Source: an uncultured virus (IMG/VR IMGVR_UViG_3300025372_000013) (taxonomy: Duplodnaviria; Heunggongvirae; Uroviricota; Caudoviricetes). Taken from it: a stretch of 64,000 nucleotides of DNA. A model generated the notes under the pieces. It had not been told where the DNA came from. It searched no databases and saw only the letters and a list, made by a program, of their open reading frames with translations. Location of the stretch: the IMG/VR virus record IMGVR_UViG_3300025372_000013; one strand, 5' to 3'. Positions 1 to 7,422 of this stretch are shown here, piece after piece (position 1 is the stretch's first letter; each line of letters begins with the position of its first letter). The position numbers and the translations under genes are program-made.

Positions 1-203
1 ATAATAACAAGGGTTTCATTGTTTGGGTTATACCCAGCCTTCATAGCCCTAGGCCTTACACCACCAGATGTAGGGGCGTATATCTCTTCATAACCTGGGC
101 CAAAGACTCTGCTGCGGTTAGCATCACGGTCAATAGCAGATATAGTGGATGCATAGTCCTCATAGCTTGCTGGCTTATACCTGCTGCTTCTATATCTGTC
201 CAT
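1..203 (-). CDS. KTSC-like protein, partial (runs off window), paralog of 1479-1997
   Basis: Manual translation MDRYRSS...YEEIYAPTSGGVRPRAMKAGYNPNNETLVI; shares APTS...RA...GY....ETLVI with 1479-1997. Confidence 0.6.
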   Translation of the reverse strand, partial: MDRYRSSRYKPASYEDYASTISAIDRDANRSRVFGPGYEEIYAPTSGGVRPRAMKAGYNPNNETLVI

Positions 204-217
204 AGGCGTAGCCTACC

Positions 218-379
218 TTACTTGCCACCCCAACCGCCGCCTTTAAAAACGGCGGGGGTCGCTTGGAAAATTTTATTCATAGATTGCTGGCAGCAGACAG
301 GAACAGAGTCATCACCGAACTGTTGGTAAATCTCTTGTACGCCTCCACAGACGTTGCACTTGTAGTCGTAGTTTGGCAT
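218..379 (-). CDS. FmdB-family zinc-ribbon protein (53 aa)
   Basis: Manual translation MPNYDYKCNVCG...PVCC...MNKIFQATPAVFKGGGWGGK; MPxYxYxCxxCG and FKGxGW motifs; TAATG coupling to upstream ORF. Confidence 0.8.
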   Translation of the reverse strand: MPNYDYKCNVCGGVQEIYQQFGDDSVPVCCQQSMNKIFQATPAVFKGGGWGGK

Positions 380-591
380 TAGCGGCACTTCATGCATTTC
401 GTATCAACACGGACTTCTCCGTAGTTTACCCAGCTCATCTGACCACAATGGTTGCAGCGGACTTCTACAGTACCACGCTGTTCAACTTCTTCCTTGTGAG
501 TCTTTCTTGCATAAGGCGAAGCAAACACAAGCCACCCCCAAGCTAACAACATTCCACTCAGAACACCTAATACATACATATAGTTCTCCAT
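379..591 (-). CDS. Small membrane-anchored zinc-finger protein
   Basis: N-terminal hydrophobic helix, CNHC and CMKC pairs. Confidence 0.6.
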   Translation of the reverse strand: MENYMYVLGVLSGMLLAWGWLVFASPYARKTHKEEVEQRGTVEVRCNHCGQMSWVNYGEVRVDTKCMKCR

Positions 592-620
592 CTTTTTCGG
601 ACGCCGGACCGGTGTCAGTA

Positions 621-791
621 CTAATCGTGCATCTGTTGATCCCAGTAAGGAATCCCATTCTCATCGTAGTCGCCTAGGCGCTCTAGGAGCTCTGCATGCT
701 CTTCTAGTGTCCTACGAACCGACTCTGCTAACTTCTTATCTCTACGTGCGGCATCAATAGTTTCTTTTGCTTCTTCGTTATCCATCGTCAT
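621..791 (-). CDS. Small hypothetical protein (about 56 aa)
   Basis: Manual translation MTMDNEEAKETIDAARRDKKLAESVRRTLEEHAELLERLGDYDENGIPYWDQQMHD fills the gap. Confidence 0.5.
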   Translation of the reverse strand: MTMDNEEAKETIDAARRDKKLAESVRRTLEEHAELLERLGDYDENGIPYWDQQMHD

Positions 792-800
792 CTTTCTAAA

Positions 801-845
801 ATAAGAAAGCCCCTAGCCACGTATTCGCCGTAGAAACTAGGGGCT
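801..845 (-). terminator. Probable intrinsic terminator after hsp20
   Basis: AGCCCCTAG/CTAGGGGCT 9-bp stem followed by a T-rich tail on the minus strand. Confidence 0.5.
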
Positions 846-866
846 ATGCTAATAGTATAGCGTATA

Positions 867-1382
867 TTACTTGATCTTGATTACCTTTGGCTGTAATTCC
901 TCGGGTAGCTCTTGCTCTAGGGTAATCCTGAGCAGACCATCCTTAAGCTCTGCTCCCTTGACAATGACGTACTCTGCAAGAACGAACTCTTGCTTAAAGT
1001 CACGGGTAGCGATGCCCTTATGGATCGGCTCCTTCTTAGATGCCTCTAATTGGCCTTCTACGGTCAGCTGGAGCTCTTTCACACTAATGGTGATGTCATC
1101 CTTACTAAAACCGGCTACAGCCAGTTCTAGGACGTATGTGTCCTCATCCTTGTAGATGTTGTATGGAGGATAGCTCGCTGTCTTAGCCTGGGCTGCGACA
1201 TGCTTGAAGGTGTCAAATAGAGGATCAAATCCGATTGCCCAACGGTTGAACTGTGGGAATAGCGAAGTAATGGTTACTTCTGCTGGAGTTGTTGGATTTG
1301 ATGATTTATACGGCTTTCCCCATGGATCTGGAAAACGATCGCTATGTGGGTCTTTGCCTGGGTTTTGATATGGGTGTGCCAT
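867..1382 (-). CDS. hsp20: Small heat-shock protein (Hsp20/IbpA family)
   Basis: GFD..F, YPPYNI, ELAVAGF, HKGIA.R.F, A.LKDGLLRI, P..I.I motifs; AAGGAG RBS. Confidence 0.95.
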   Translation of the reverse strand: MAHPYQNPGKDPHSDRFPDPWGKPYKSSNPTTPAEVTITSLFPQFNRWAIGFDPLFDTFKHVAAQAKTASYPPYNIYKDEDTYVLELAVAGFSKDDITISVKELQLTVEGQLEASKKEPIHKGIATRDFKQEFVLAEYVIVKGAELKDGLLRITLEQELPEELQPKVIKIK

Positions 1383-1443
1383 GATTAATTTCTCCTTAGA
1401 CGAAATTAGTTAAGATAGGTAGCCATCCGGCCTACCTGCTACT

Positions 1444-1455
1444 AGTATACCCGAT
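1444..1455 (-). promoter_or_regulatory. Promoter ATCGG-G-TATACT upstream of hsp20
   Basis: -10 TATACT preceded by ATCGG; same motif at 21104, 29453, 38363. Confidence 0.6.
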
Positions 1456-1478
1456 TTTTAGAGTATTTGCTTAACTTC

Positions 1479-1997
1479 TTACTTAAATTCTAGGTTTAGA
1501 TCAGGAAAGCTCGTATATTCGTATCCAGACGCACCTAGGTCATTTAGACCAGATGCAACCAACCACTTACCTGTAGAACCGTACCCTTTGAGATCTTCCC
1601 ACATATCCTCTGTCACATCGTGGTACTTACACATAGGAGGTAGCGCACCGGTAGGATCGTACCTACCCGTCAGCTTATTCTTCTTCACCGGAGCACGGAA
1701 CATGATCACTAGTGTCTCAGAGGCTCTGTGATACCCGCACTCAAGAGCTCGATTACGTTTGTCCTGCTCCCCCGTCTTATCGCTCGTAGGCGCATCTATG
1801 ACCTCAAATGAGCTAGGCCATGCCCCGTATGCATTCCTGATTACCAGGTTGCTAGAGGTATTCCCGCCTTCTTCCTCCTCAGGATCATTGAATTCCTCGG
1901 CAGTTCCGTACATAGCGATTCCATAGGCTTCCCTCTTTAGACGCTCGTCCTCAGGAAGGCTATAGATGCCGTTGTTCTTCTTACGTTTGGATGCCAT
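1479..1997 (-). CDS. KTSC-like domain protein
   Basis: GY....ETLVIMF...Y.DV...W..L....STGKW resembles the KTSC consensus. Confidence 0.6.
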   Translation of the reverse strand: MASKRKKNNGIYSLPEDERLKREAYGIAMYGTAEEFNDPEEEEGGNTSSNLVIRNAYGAWPSSFEVIDAPTSDKTGEQDKRNRALECGYHRASETLVIMFRAPVKKNKLTGRYDPTGALPPMCKYHDVTEDMWEDLKGYGSTGKWLVASGLNDLGASGYEYTSFPDLNLEFK

Positions 1998-2230
1998 GGT
2001 GTAACTCTACCATAGCCACTGCCTATGATCATTGGAAGCCTGGAGTTACCCGCCAATTTTTCAACATGTGACCTACCCCACTTAGGCCACTGCCAACCCC
2101 TAAATAGTCCCAACAGTCAGTGTCGTCTGCCGAAAGTCACGGGGGCAACGGGTTTAAGGGTGGGGGGGTTTAATTTATGCGTGTAACCCATCAGGGGCAG
2201 AGGAGATAGGGAAAGAGGGTTCTCTCTCGC

Positions 2231-2278
2231 TTCTCAGGCGTTAATTGGCGTGTAGGGGTTCGAATCCCCCCTGAGAGC
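2231..2278 (+). ncRNA. tRNA-like element lacking an anticodon arm
   Basis: 7-bp acceptor-like stem TTCTCAG/CTGAGAG, D-like arm GCG-TTAATTGG-CGT, T arm GGGG-TTCGAAT-CCCC. Confidence 0.55.
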
Positions 2279-2323
2279 GGAGCATAGAAATACTATGCCA
2301 CTCTAACAGAGAGGGACTACAAA

Positions 2324-2833
2324 ATGTCCACATCTGCAACCCTGGAAGCACCCGTATCGGTGACCGCTGACTTCAACGCATTGGCTGAGGCTATTGCACA
2401 GAAGTTCAACAATGAGAAGGTCTGGAAGATAGAGACTATTCTTCCGCTTTTCAAGCAGTTCCCCGATAAGACACCGGCTCAGGCTCTTGGTTTCTTTACC
2501 AAGCAAGCCTCTGTGCCGTTCGTCTTTGCGGCTTATTATGTCGCAAAGTCGGGTGTTTCTCCCCGAGTCATCTCAACCGACTTCATCGGTCGCAAGGTTG
2601 ATGACGAGGGTACCCGTGTCTATGAACTCATCAAGGTTCAGGACAATCCGACCTCTATGATTGCGGAGTTTATCCGTGTCAAGAGCGAGGCAGGTAAGCC
2701 AACTGTCAAGCAGTTGCCTAGCCTAAACACCGCTGCCAACGCTATCGAGCGTGCGCTCAAGGCGGTCAGCACCAACCCAGCCGAGGAGGCCCTCCTCAAA
2801 GCCCGTATCAAGGCTTTGGCTGAATCCCTTTAA
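2324..2833 (+). CDS. Hypothetical protein, first gene of the plus-strand cassette
   Basis: 169-aa ORF with GAGGG RBS and a downstream hairpin. Confidence 0.8.
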   Translation: MSTSATLEAPVSVTADFNALAEAIAQKFNNEKVWKIETILPLFKQFPDKTPAQALGFFTKQASVPFVFAAYYVAKSGVSPRVISTDFIGRKVDDEGTRVYELIKVQDNPTSMIAEFIRVKSEAGKPTVKQLPSLNTAANAIERALKAVSTNPAEEALLKARIKALAESL

Positions 2834-2845
2834 TGGGATAGAGGT

Positions 2846-2878
2846 TCTGGGGGTAGCAATGCCCCCAGACCCTTTCTA
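2846..2878 (+). terminator. Hairpin/terminator after first gene
   Basis: TCTGGGGGTA-GCAA-TGCCCCCAGA then CCCTTTCT. Confidence 0.5.
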
Positions 2879-3102
2879 TGCTCATAGGTAGCAGTATCTA
2901 TGGGTATAGATGGGGGACAACCTAGTGTGGCAACACGGTACAGACACCAGCACACTAGCCCTGAGAGAGACCCTCGAGTACCACCTCAAATTAGGCCACT
3001 GACCCTGTAGCCCTCACGCTGTGTAGGCGTAAGACCAGGCTATGGGGTTGGTGGCCTTCTTATTATCAGGTAACTAACACTAATGCTCAGAAAGGAGCAA
3101 TT

Positions 3103-3327
3103 ATGGCAATTCAATTAACACTATCTGCTGAGGACTACTTCAGCATTATCAATGTCCTACGGGACAAGTGTGGTTGCGGTAACTGCGAGAGTGTTATCTC
3201 TCGTATGGAAAGTTCTCGTCATCAGAAAGGTCAGTTCAAGCCTTGTTCTATCTGTGGTGACCCAGCACAGTACAAGGACAAGACAGGCATCTACTGCATC
3301 CTCTGTATTCCTGCACCAAAGCAGTAG
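3103..3327 (+). CDS. Small Cys-rich (zinc-finger) protein
   Basis: AAAGGAG RBS; CGCGNC, CSIC, CILC. Confidence 0.7.
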   Translation: MAIQLTLSAEDYFSIINVLRDKCGCGNCESVISRMESSRHQKGQFKPCSICGDPAQYKDKTGIYCILCIPAPKQ

Positions 3328-3370
3328 AGTTCCCCGCCGAAATTTCGCCCTCTCGGAAAGGAGAGAGAGT

Positions 3371-3604
3371 ATGAGCAAGACAGTATGGACAGTTAACAAG
3401 CCTCCTCGTGTGTATGAGGTGGCTAAGGCTGTAAAGTGTAATTCACCCGAAGTTATCTCCCTGCTCCGGCGTTGGGGATATACCGGCCGGTCTGCCAGTA
3501 GCCGTGTCCCATTGGCTGTGGCGCTGGACTTCCTTACCTACTTTGCCTCCAAGGGCTATGACGAGGTATGTCGTGAGCATACTAATTGGGTGATTACTTG
3601 GTAG
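3371..3604 (+). CDS. Stand-alone IF2_N-like domain protein
   Basis: PRVYEVAKAVKCNSPEVISLLRRWGYTGRSASSRV matches the IF2 N-terminal RVYELAK..G..S..L..L...G....SASS pattern; AAGGAG RBS before ATG 3371. Confidence 0.7.
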   Translation: MSKTVWTVNKPPRVYEVAKAVKCNSPEVISLLRRWGYTGRSASSRVPLAVALDFLTYFASKGYDEVCREHTNWVITW

Positions 3605-3744
3605 CAGCGTCAGTAGATTGTTTCCAACATAAACATTCCCCGCCGATTTTTCCAGGCTGTAGTCTTTGAGGGGTACACAGGTCGCCAAGTGCTGGCGTAA
3701 AGGTAATCCTGTGTGCCCCCTACCCTCTACAGAAAGGAAGAACC

Positions 3745-3852
3745 ATGCTTGCATGGATTATCACCGGACTAATCTGTATGGCTATCGTAGCCGTACTGAT
3801 TGACCAGCAGTACAAGATTGACCAGGAAGATGAAGATTGGAGAGTGAAGTGA
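3745..3852 (+). CDS. Small membrane peptide (35 aa)
   Basis: MLAWIITGLICMAIVAVLIDQQYKIDQEDEDWRVK; AAAGGA RBS; GTGA overlap with whiB. Confidence 0.6.
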   Translation: MLAWIITGLICMAIVAVLIDQQYKIDQEDEDWRVK

Positions 3853-4169
3853 GTGTTACAGCAAGAGTTGATGGTCGAATCCCGGTCTGGACAGACCTAT
3901 CTTGGCAGGATAGGGCTAGTTGCTTGGGAATGGACACAGAGATATTCTACTTCGATCCTAATCTCAAAGGACAGTCGAAAAGAAACAAAGCAAGTGTCGC
4001 TAAGGCTATCTGTGCGACTTGTCCAGTCAAGCTCGAGTGCCTCACCGATGCTGTCGTCAGAGATGATAGACACTCTATTCAAGGAGGTACTACCCCAGAG
4101 GAGCGAGGTTCTCTCCACGAGAGCGTTGCCTGCTGGCCATTAGAGAAGGTGCTAGCGTGTATCAAGTAA
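3849..4169 (+). CDS. whiB: WhiB-family transcription regulator 1
   Basis: W..RASC....TEIFY, AKAICATCPVKLECL, IQGGTTPEER; four conserved Cys. Confidence 0.93.
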   Translation: MSVTARVDGRIPVWTDLSWQDRASCLGMDTEIFYFDPNLKGQSKRNKASVAKAICATCPVKLECLTDAVVRDDRHSIQGGTTPEERGSLHESVACWPLEKVLACIK

Positions 4170-4405
4170 TCACACAGACCAGCACATATGAGGTCAACAC
4201 AAACAACCACACATTCCGCCGTATCCCAGACAAAGGCCCTGGCCTAGTTAGGGACTTAGAGTGGACACCATATATCAGCATTAAACACCCATTCATTGGC
4301 CAACCTATGACCATAGAGTGGTCACTTGCAGGTGTGCGCACAATTCGTACCACAACACCCGTTGTGGACATAGACCTACTGGAAGGAGGGGACAATGAAG
4401 GCTAG
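4157..4405 (+). CDS. Hypothetical protein
   Basis: Overlap-coupled 82-aa ORF. Confidence 0.6.
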   Translation: MYQVITQTSTYEVNTNNHTFRRIPDKGPGLVRDLEWTPYISIKHPFIGQPMTIEWSLAGVRTIRTTTPVVDIDLLEGGDNEG

Positions 4406-4538
4406 ACACAAGACTTGGCAATTTAATAAGTTCTGGTTATCTGTTGGTATAAGCAAGCAGTTTGCTATCAGTATCTATATCAACGAGATATTCGCAGGCA
4501 TTGATATTGGATGCTTCTACTTCTCCATCGAATACTAA
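4395..4538 (+). CDS. Small hypothetical protein (47 aa)
   Basis: MKARHKTWQFNKFWLSVG...; GGAGGG RBS; followed by terminator. Confidence 0.6.
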   Translation: MKARHKTWQFNKFWLSVGISKQFAISIYINEIFAGIDIGCFYFSIEY

Positions 4539-4550
4539 TCTTATGTGAGG

Positions 4551-4596
4551 AGGCGGGGTTGAGCGTGTGAGGGTACGCTCCCCCGCCTGTTTTTCT
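4551..4596 (+). terminator. Intrinsic terminator
   Basis: AGGCGGGG/CCCCGCCT stem with inner GAGCGT/ACGCTC, tail GTTTTTCT. Confidence 0.75.
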
Positions 4597-4857
4597 GTGT
4601 AATGCGATGCCTCCACAGCACACCCGATGAAAATCTCTGTGCTGTGCTGGCTTCGGATTACATAGGTAATCCAGGGTCATACACATCCGCACAAAAGAAA
4701 GAGCGTGGTAGGCGTTGAGCTAAGGCTCCGAACGAAATAGTTACGGCTATCTCTACTAAGGCTGAACCCAACTGGCCGATCCCCTTGTCCTCGTAAGACT
4801 TCGTGGGCTTACACGGCATTGTGCTGCTATCGAGTACTGCGGCATAGTATGCAAATG
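4597..4857 (+). ncRNA. Candidate structured non-coding RNA/leader
   Basis: Multiple stems (CACAGCAC/GTGCTGTG, GGATTAC/GTAATCC, GAGC/GCTC, ATAGT/GCTAT); no credible ORF. Confidence 0.4.
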
Positions 4858-4858
4858 A

Positions 4859-4889
4859 ACTCACAACGCACGGAGAGTATAAACCGTGT
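4859..4889 (+). other. H-type pseudoknot copy 1
   Basis: ACTC/GAGT stem; loop GCACGG pairs with CCGTGT after ATAAA. Confidence 0.5.
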
Positions 4890-4928
4890 ATGCACCAACA
4901 TAAACAACTACACAAAGGAGGGCCAGTA

Positions 4929-5342
4929 ATGGCTAGAATCACCAACCTCATCAACAAGGCTGATGCTCTCAAGCAGTTAAACGCTGCACTGAAGAAGGCT
5001 AACGCTGAGTATGATAAGGACTCCAAAGCATATGTGGCCGCTAAAGCCATCTATGACAAAGAGATAGTTGCATACAACAAAGCCGTTGTTGCAGCCGGTA
5101 TCGCACACCTAAAGTCTGTTGATACCAACAAAGCAAATCAATTCAGTGCTAGGTACGGAAGTACCTTTACACACGTTGACTTCAACGTCAACATTGGATT
5201 GAAAGAACCAAATCTAGACAAGGCACAGCCGCATAGAACTATGATTGAGCGTATTGAGAAGCAGATTCGTTCTGTTTCAATTATGTCCGGCGAAACCTTC
5301 AATGCCAGCATGTTGCATGACGATTTCTTCAACTGCTTGTAA
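4929..5342 (+). CDS. Hypothetical coiled-coil protein
   Basis: AAAGGAGG RBS before ATG 4929. Confidence 0.75.
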   Translation: MARITNLINKADALKQLNAALKKANAEYDKDSKAYVAAKAIYDKEIVAYNKAVVAAGIAHLKSVDTNKANQFSARYGSTFTHVDFNVNIGLKEPNLDKAQPHRTMIERIEKQIRSVSIMSGETFNASMLHDDFFNCL

Positions 5343-5394
5343 TACGGGTAACGCCGGTTGGTTTCTAAAGTTCTTCCTGAGGTAAAAGAACTCC

Positions 5395-5425
5395 TGTCCT
5401 AAGCATGACAAGGCTAAACTGCTTA
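5395..5425 (+). other. H-type pseudoknot copy 2
   Basis: TGTC/GACA stem; loop TAAGCA pairs with TGCTTA after TAAAC. Confidence 0.65.
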
Positions 5426-5426
5426 C

Positions 5427-5499
5427 GCCCTCATAGTTCAATGGATAGAACATCATCGTCCTAAGGTGAGTGTTGCCAGTTCGATTCTGGCTGAGGGCA
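5427..5499 (+). tRNA. tRNA-Arg (anticodon CCT), CCA not encoded
   Basis: Cloverleaf GCCCTCA/TGAGGGC, GTTC/GAAC, TCATC-GTCCTAA-GGTGA, GCCAG-TTCGATT-CTGGC; A20 Arg identity element. Confidence 0.93.
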
Positions 5500-5544
5500 C
5501 GGCACGGAGTGCGGCAGTCTTGTAGACGAAAACCTCCCTCGCCA

Positions 5545-5572
5545 AGAGCTGAGCATCTCTATAAACTGCTCA
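5545..5572 (+). other. H-type pseudoknot copy 3
   Basis: AGAG/CTCT stem; loop TGAGCA pairs with TGCTCA after ATAAAC. Confidence 0.65.
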
Positions 5573-5594
5573 TTACTAATAGAAAGGAGGAACT

Positions 5595-5861
5595 ATGGAA
5601 CCGGAAGACTTGCACGGTAAGTTTGATTTTATAGCCACACCAGAGCACAAGACCAACATCTTGCCACTCAGATGGTTTGCCAATGCTTGCAATCATCTAT
5701 CAAGTTTTGCGATAGAGCGAGCATTAGATCATGAAGACTTTGCCCATTACAACGGCACTGAACTATCACGAGCAGGATATAGATGGTGGAAGATTTGGGC
5801 CATCATCAACATTCCCTACGATAAGTGGGGCACAACCTATCTAGTAGATTGGCATAAATAA
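5595..5861 (+). CDS. Hypothetical protein
   Basis: AAAGGAGG RBS; 88 aa. Confidence 0.75.
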   Translation: MEPEDLHGKFDFIATPEHKTNILPLRWFANACNHLSSFAIERALDHEDFAHYNGTELSRAGYRWWKIWAIINIPYDKWGTTYLVDWHK

Positions 5862-6094
5862 TGCAACCAACACAAACAACCCTCTCACAGATAAAAGCCG
5901 AAGCCGCAAGCCGAGGCAACGTCGTATTCATTGATGATTCCCTACTTGAATCGGCCAAACGATTAGAATTCATTGTAGATGCAGTTGCCCACAAGGGACT
6001 CACCTACAAGGAAGCGTCAGCCTTATGGGCTGATGGCATTGACACTCTGCACACAAGTGTAGAGACAACAACAACCTCCGAAAGGGGCCTATAA
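5861..6094 (+). CDS. Hypothetical protein
   Basis: Abuts upstream stop; 77 aa. Confidence 0.6.
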   Translation: MQPTQTTLSQIKAEAASRGNVVFIDDSLLESAKRLEFIVDAVAHKGLTYKEASALWADGIDTLHTSVETTTTSERGL

Positions 6095-6095
6095 A

Positions 6096-6368
6096 ATGGC
6101 AAAAGGTAAAGGCGGAGTATCAACTCCAAAAGTAAACACATCAGGCGACCGTAAGAACGGTAAAGCCCGCAAGAAAAACCCAGGACCAGCGCAAATGGAG
6201 AAGACAAACTTCACGCATGTCAAGGGTCGTACACTAGCCAGCCACGAAAAGCGTGAGGCTTGGAAGGCCAAAGGTGGTCGTGCTAATCACGAATCAATTC
6301 CCCATTGGAAGACCGGCAAGGTTTACAAAGCACCGGTTCTTTCAGTATTTGCTAAGGCACTTGTATGA
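6096..6368 (+). CDS. Small basic protein
   Basis: K/R/G-rich 90 aa. Confidence 0.7.
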   Translation: MAKGKGGVSTPKVNTSGDRKNGKARKKNPGPAQMEKTNFTHVKGRTLASHEKREAWKAKGGRANHESIPHWKTGKVYKAPVLSVFAKALV

Positions 6369-6673
6369 GCAAGAAGCTTAAGCGCAAGCACATCATTGCT
6401 GCACTTGAGCAGCAAATCCTTGAAGAGCACGACAATCTGCATTGGGATGACCATCAGCACAGTCGTGCATATCACAGCGGGCTTATGGATGGCTTGGGGT
6501 TTGCCCTCAAGTTACTCAAGCCTGACTCAACTGTGCTTCCCCTCACATCAGTGTGGTTCGATGAGCCAACACAAACACACGAGCGTCAGCGTGAGCAACT
6601 TATTGAGATCCAATATGTTGACATGTCAGACCCTATTCCGGTAGGGTTGTTTGAAACAGTGGAGGCACCATGA
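6365..6673 (+). CDS. Hypothetical protein
   Basis: ATGA-coupled ORF. Confidence 0.7.
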   Translation: MSKKLKRKHIIAALEQQILEEHDNLHWDDHQHSRAYHSGLMDGLGFALKLLKPDSTVLPLTSVWFDEPTQTHERQREQLIEIQYVDMSDPIPVGLFETVEAP

Positions 6674-7422
6674 GTTACAAATTACGTTCATACCAATTCT
6701 GGTCTGACTATCTAGACGGTGGGCGTAAGAAATATATGCGCCCACTATACGATTACGGTATGGTCATTGAGAAGGTTAACAAGTTTCAGTTACCTGGCGG
6801 TGACCTACAAATCAAAATCAACTGGGCAGGCAATCTGCCTATTATCCGTGTCCACAGCGATGACTCGTTTACCCTACAAGGTGGTAAAGCTCAGAGTTTT
6901 TGGGGTGGCAGTTGGGATGTTCTTAAATCCCAAGGTGTGCGCTATCGCATGTGGAAATACACAGGCTTGCGTATTTATCAGCAAAACTACCAAATTAAGG
7001 TTGTAGACGTTGATGCAGGCCTTACCCCATCTAAGATACAAGGTTGTCGTCAATGTAAACAAACAGGTAAACAAGACGGTTGGTGTAGTCCAACTACTTG
7101 TTTTGATGGCGACTTCTATGACACACCTAACGGAGATTCTGTGTATGCATGCCCTGAACATCCTGATGCCCAATCACCACATGGATCGTGGCACAGGTTT
7201 CACCTTATAGCGTGCACCCACGGACAAATGAAAGGCCACACACTACCACGAAGCCAAGAGTGTTATTACTGTAAGGGTTCAGGCAAGCGTGACTATGGCA
7301 ACAAACCGATTTCTTTACTCTGGGATGGTTCCCCACTTAGGGTAAAGGATAGAAAGATAGTAAGAACACCCGTAACCGAACTAGAAAGGATGATGACTAT
7401 AAATGTCACCAATAGCTTATGA
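6670..7422 (+). CDS. Protein with DnaJ-type CxxCxxxG zinc motifs
   Basis: CRQCKQTGK and CYYCKGSGK; GGAGG RBS. Confidence 0.7.
   Translation: MSYKLRSYQFWSDYLDGGRKKYMRPLYDYGMVIEKVNKFQLPGGDLQIKINWAGNLPIIRVHSDDSFTLQGGKAQSFWGGSWDVLKSQGVRYRMWKYTGLRIYQQNYQIKVVDVDAGLTPSKIQGCRQCKQTGKQDGWCSPTTCFDGDFYDTPNGDSVYACPEHPDAQSPHGSWHRFHLIACTHGQMKGHTLPRSQECYYCKGSGKRDYGNKPISLLWDGSPLRVKDRKIVRTPVTELERMMTINVTNSL

Noticed and set aside
4732..4835. HDV-like ribozyme (CTT-GTCCTCGT-AAG, then ACTTCGT-GG; possible P1 ACGAAAT)
   Set aside because: P1 has an A-C mismatch, and no P2 3' strand complementary to the bases preceding P3 could be found. Retained only as part of the structured block.
5505..5540. Hammerhead-like GTCT-TGT-AGAC-GAAA
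   Set aside because: Lacks the CUGANGA core (reads UGCGGCA).
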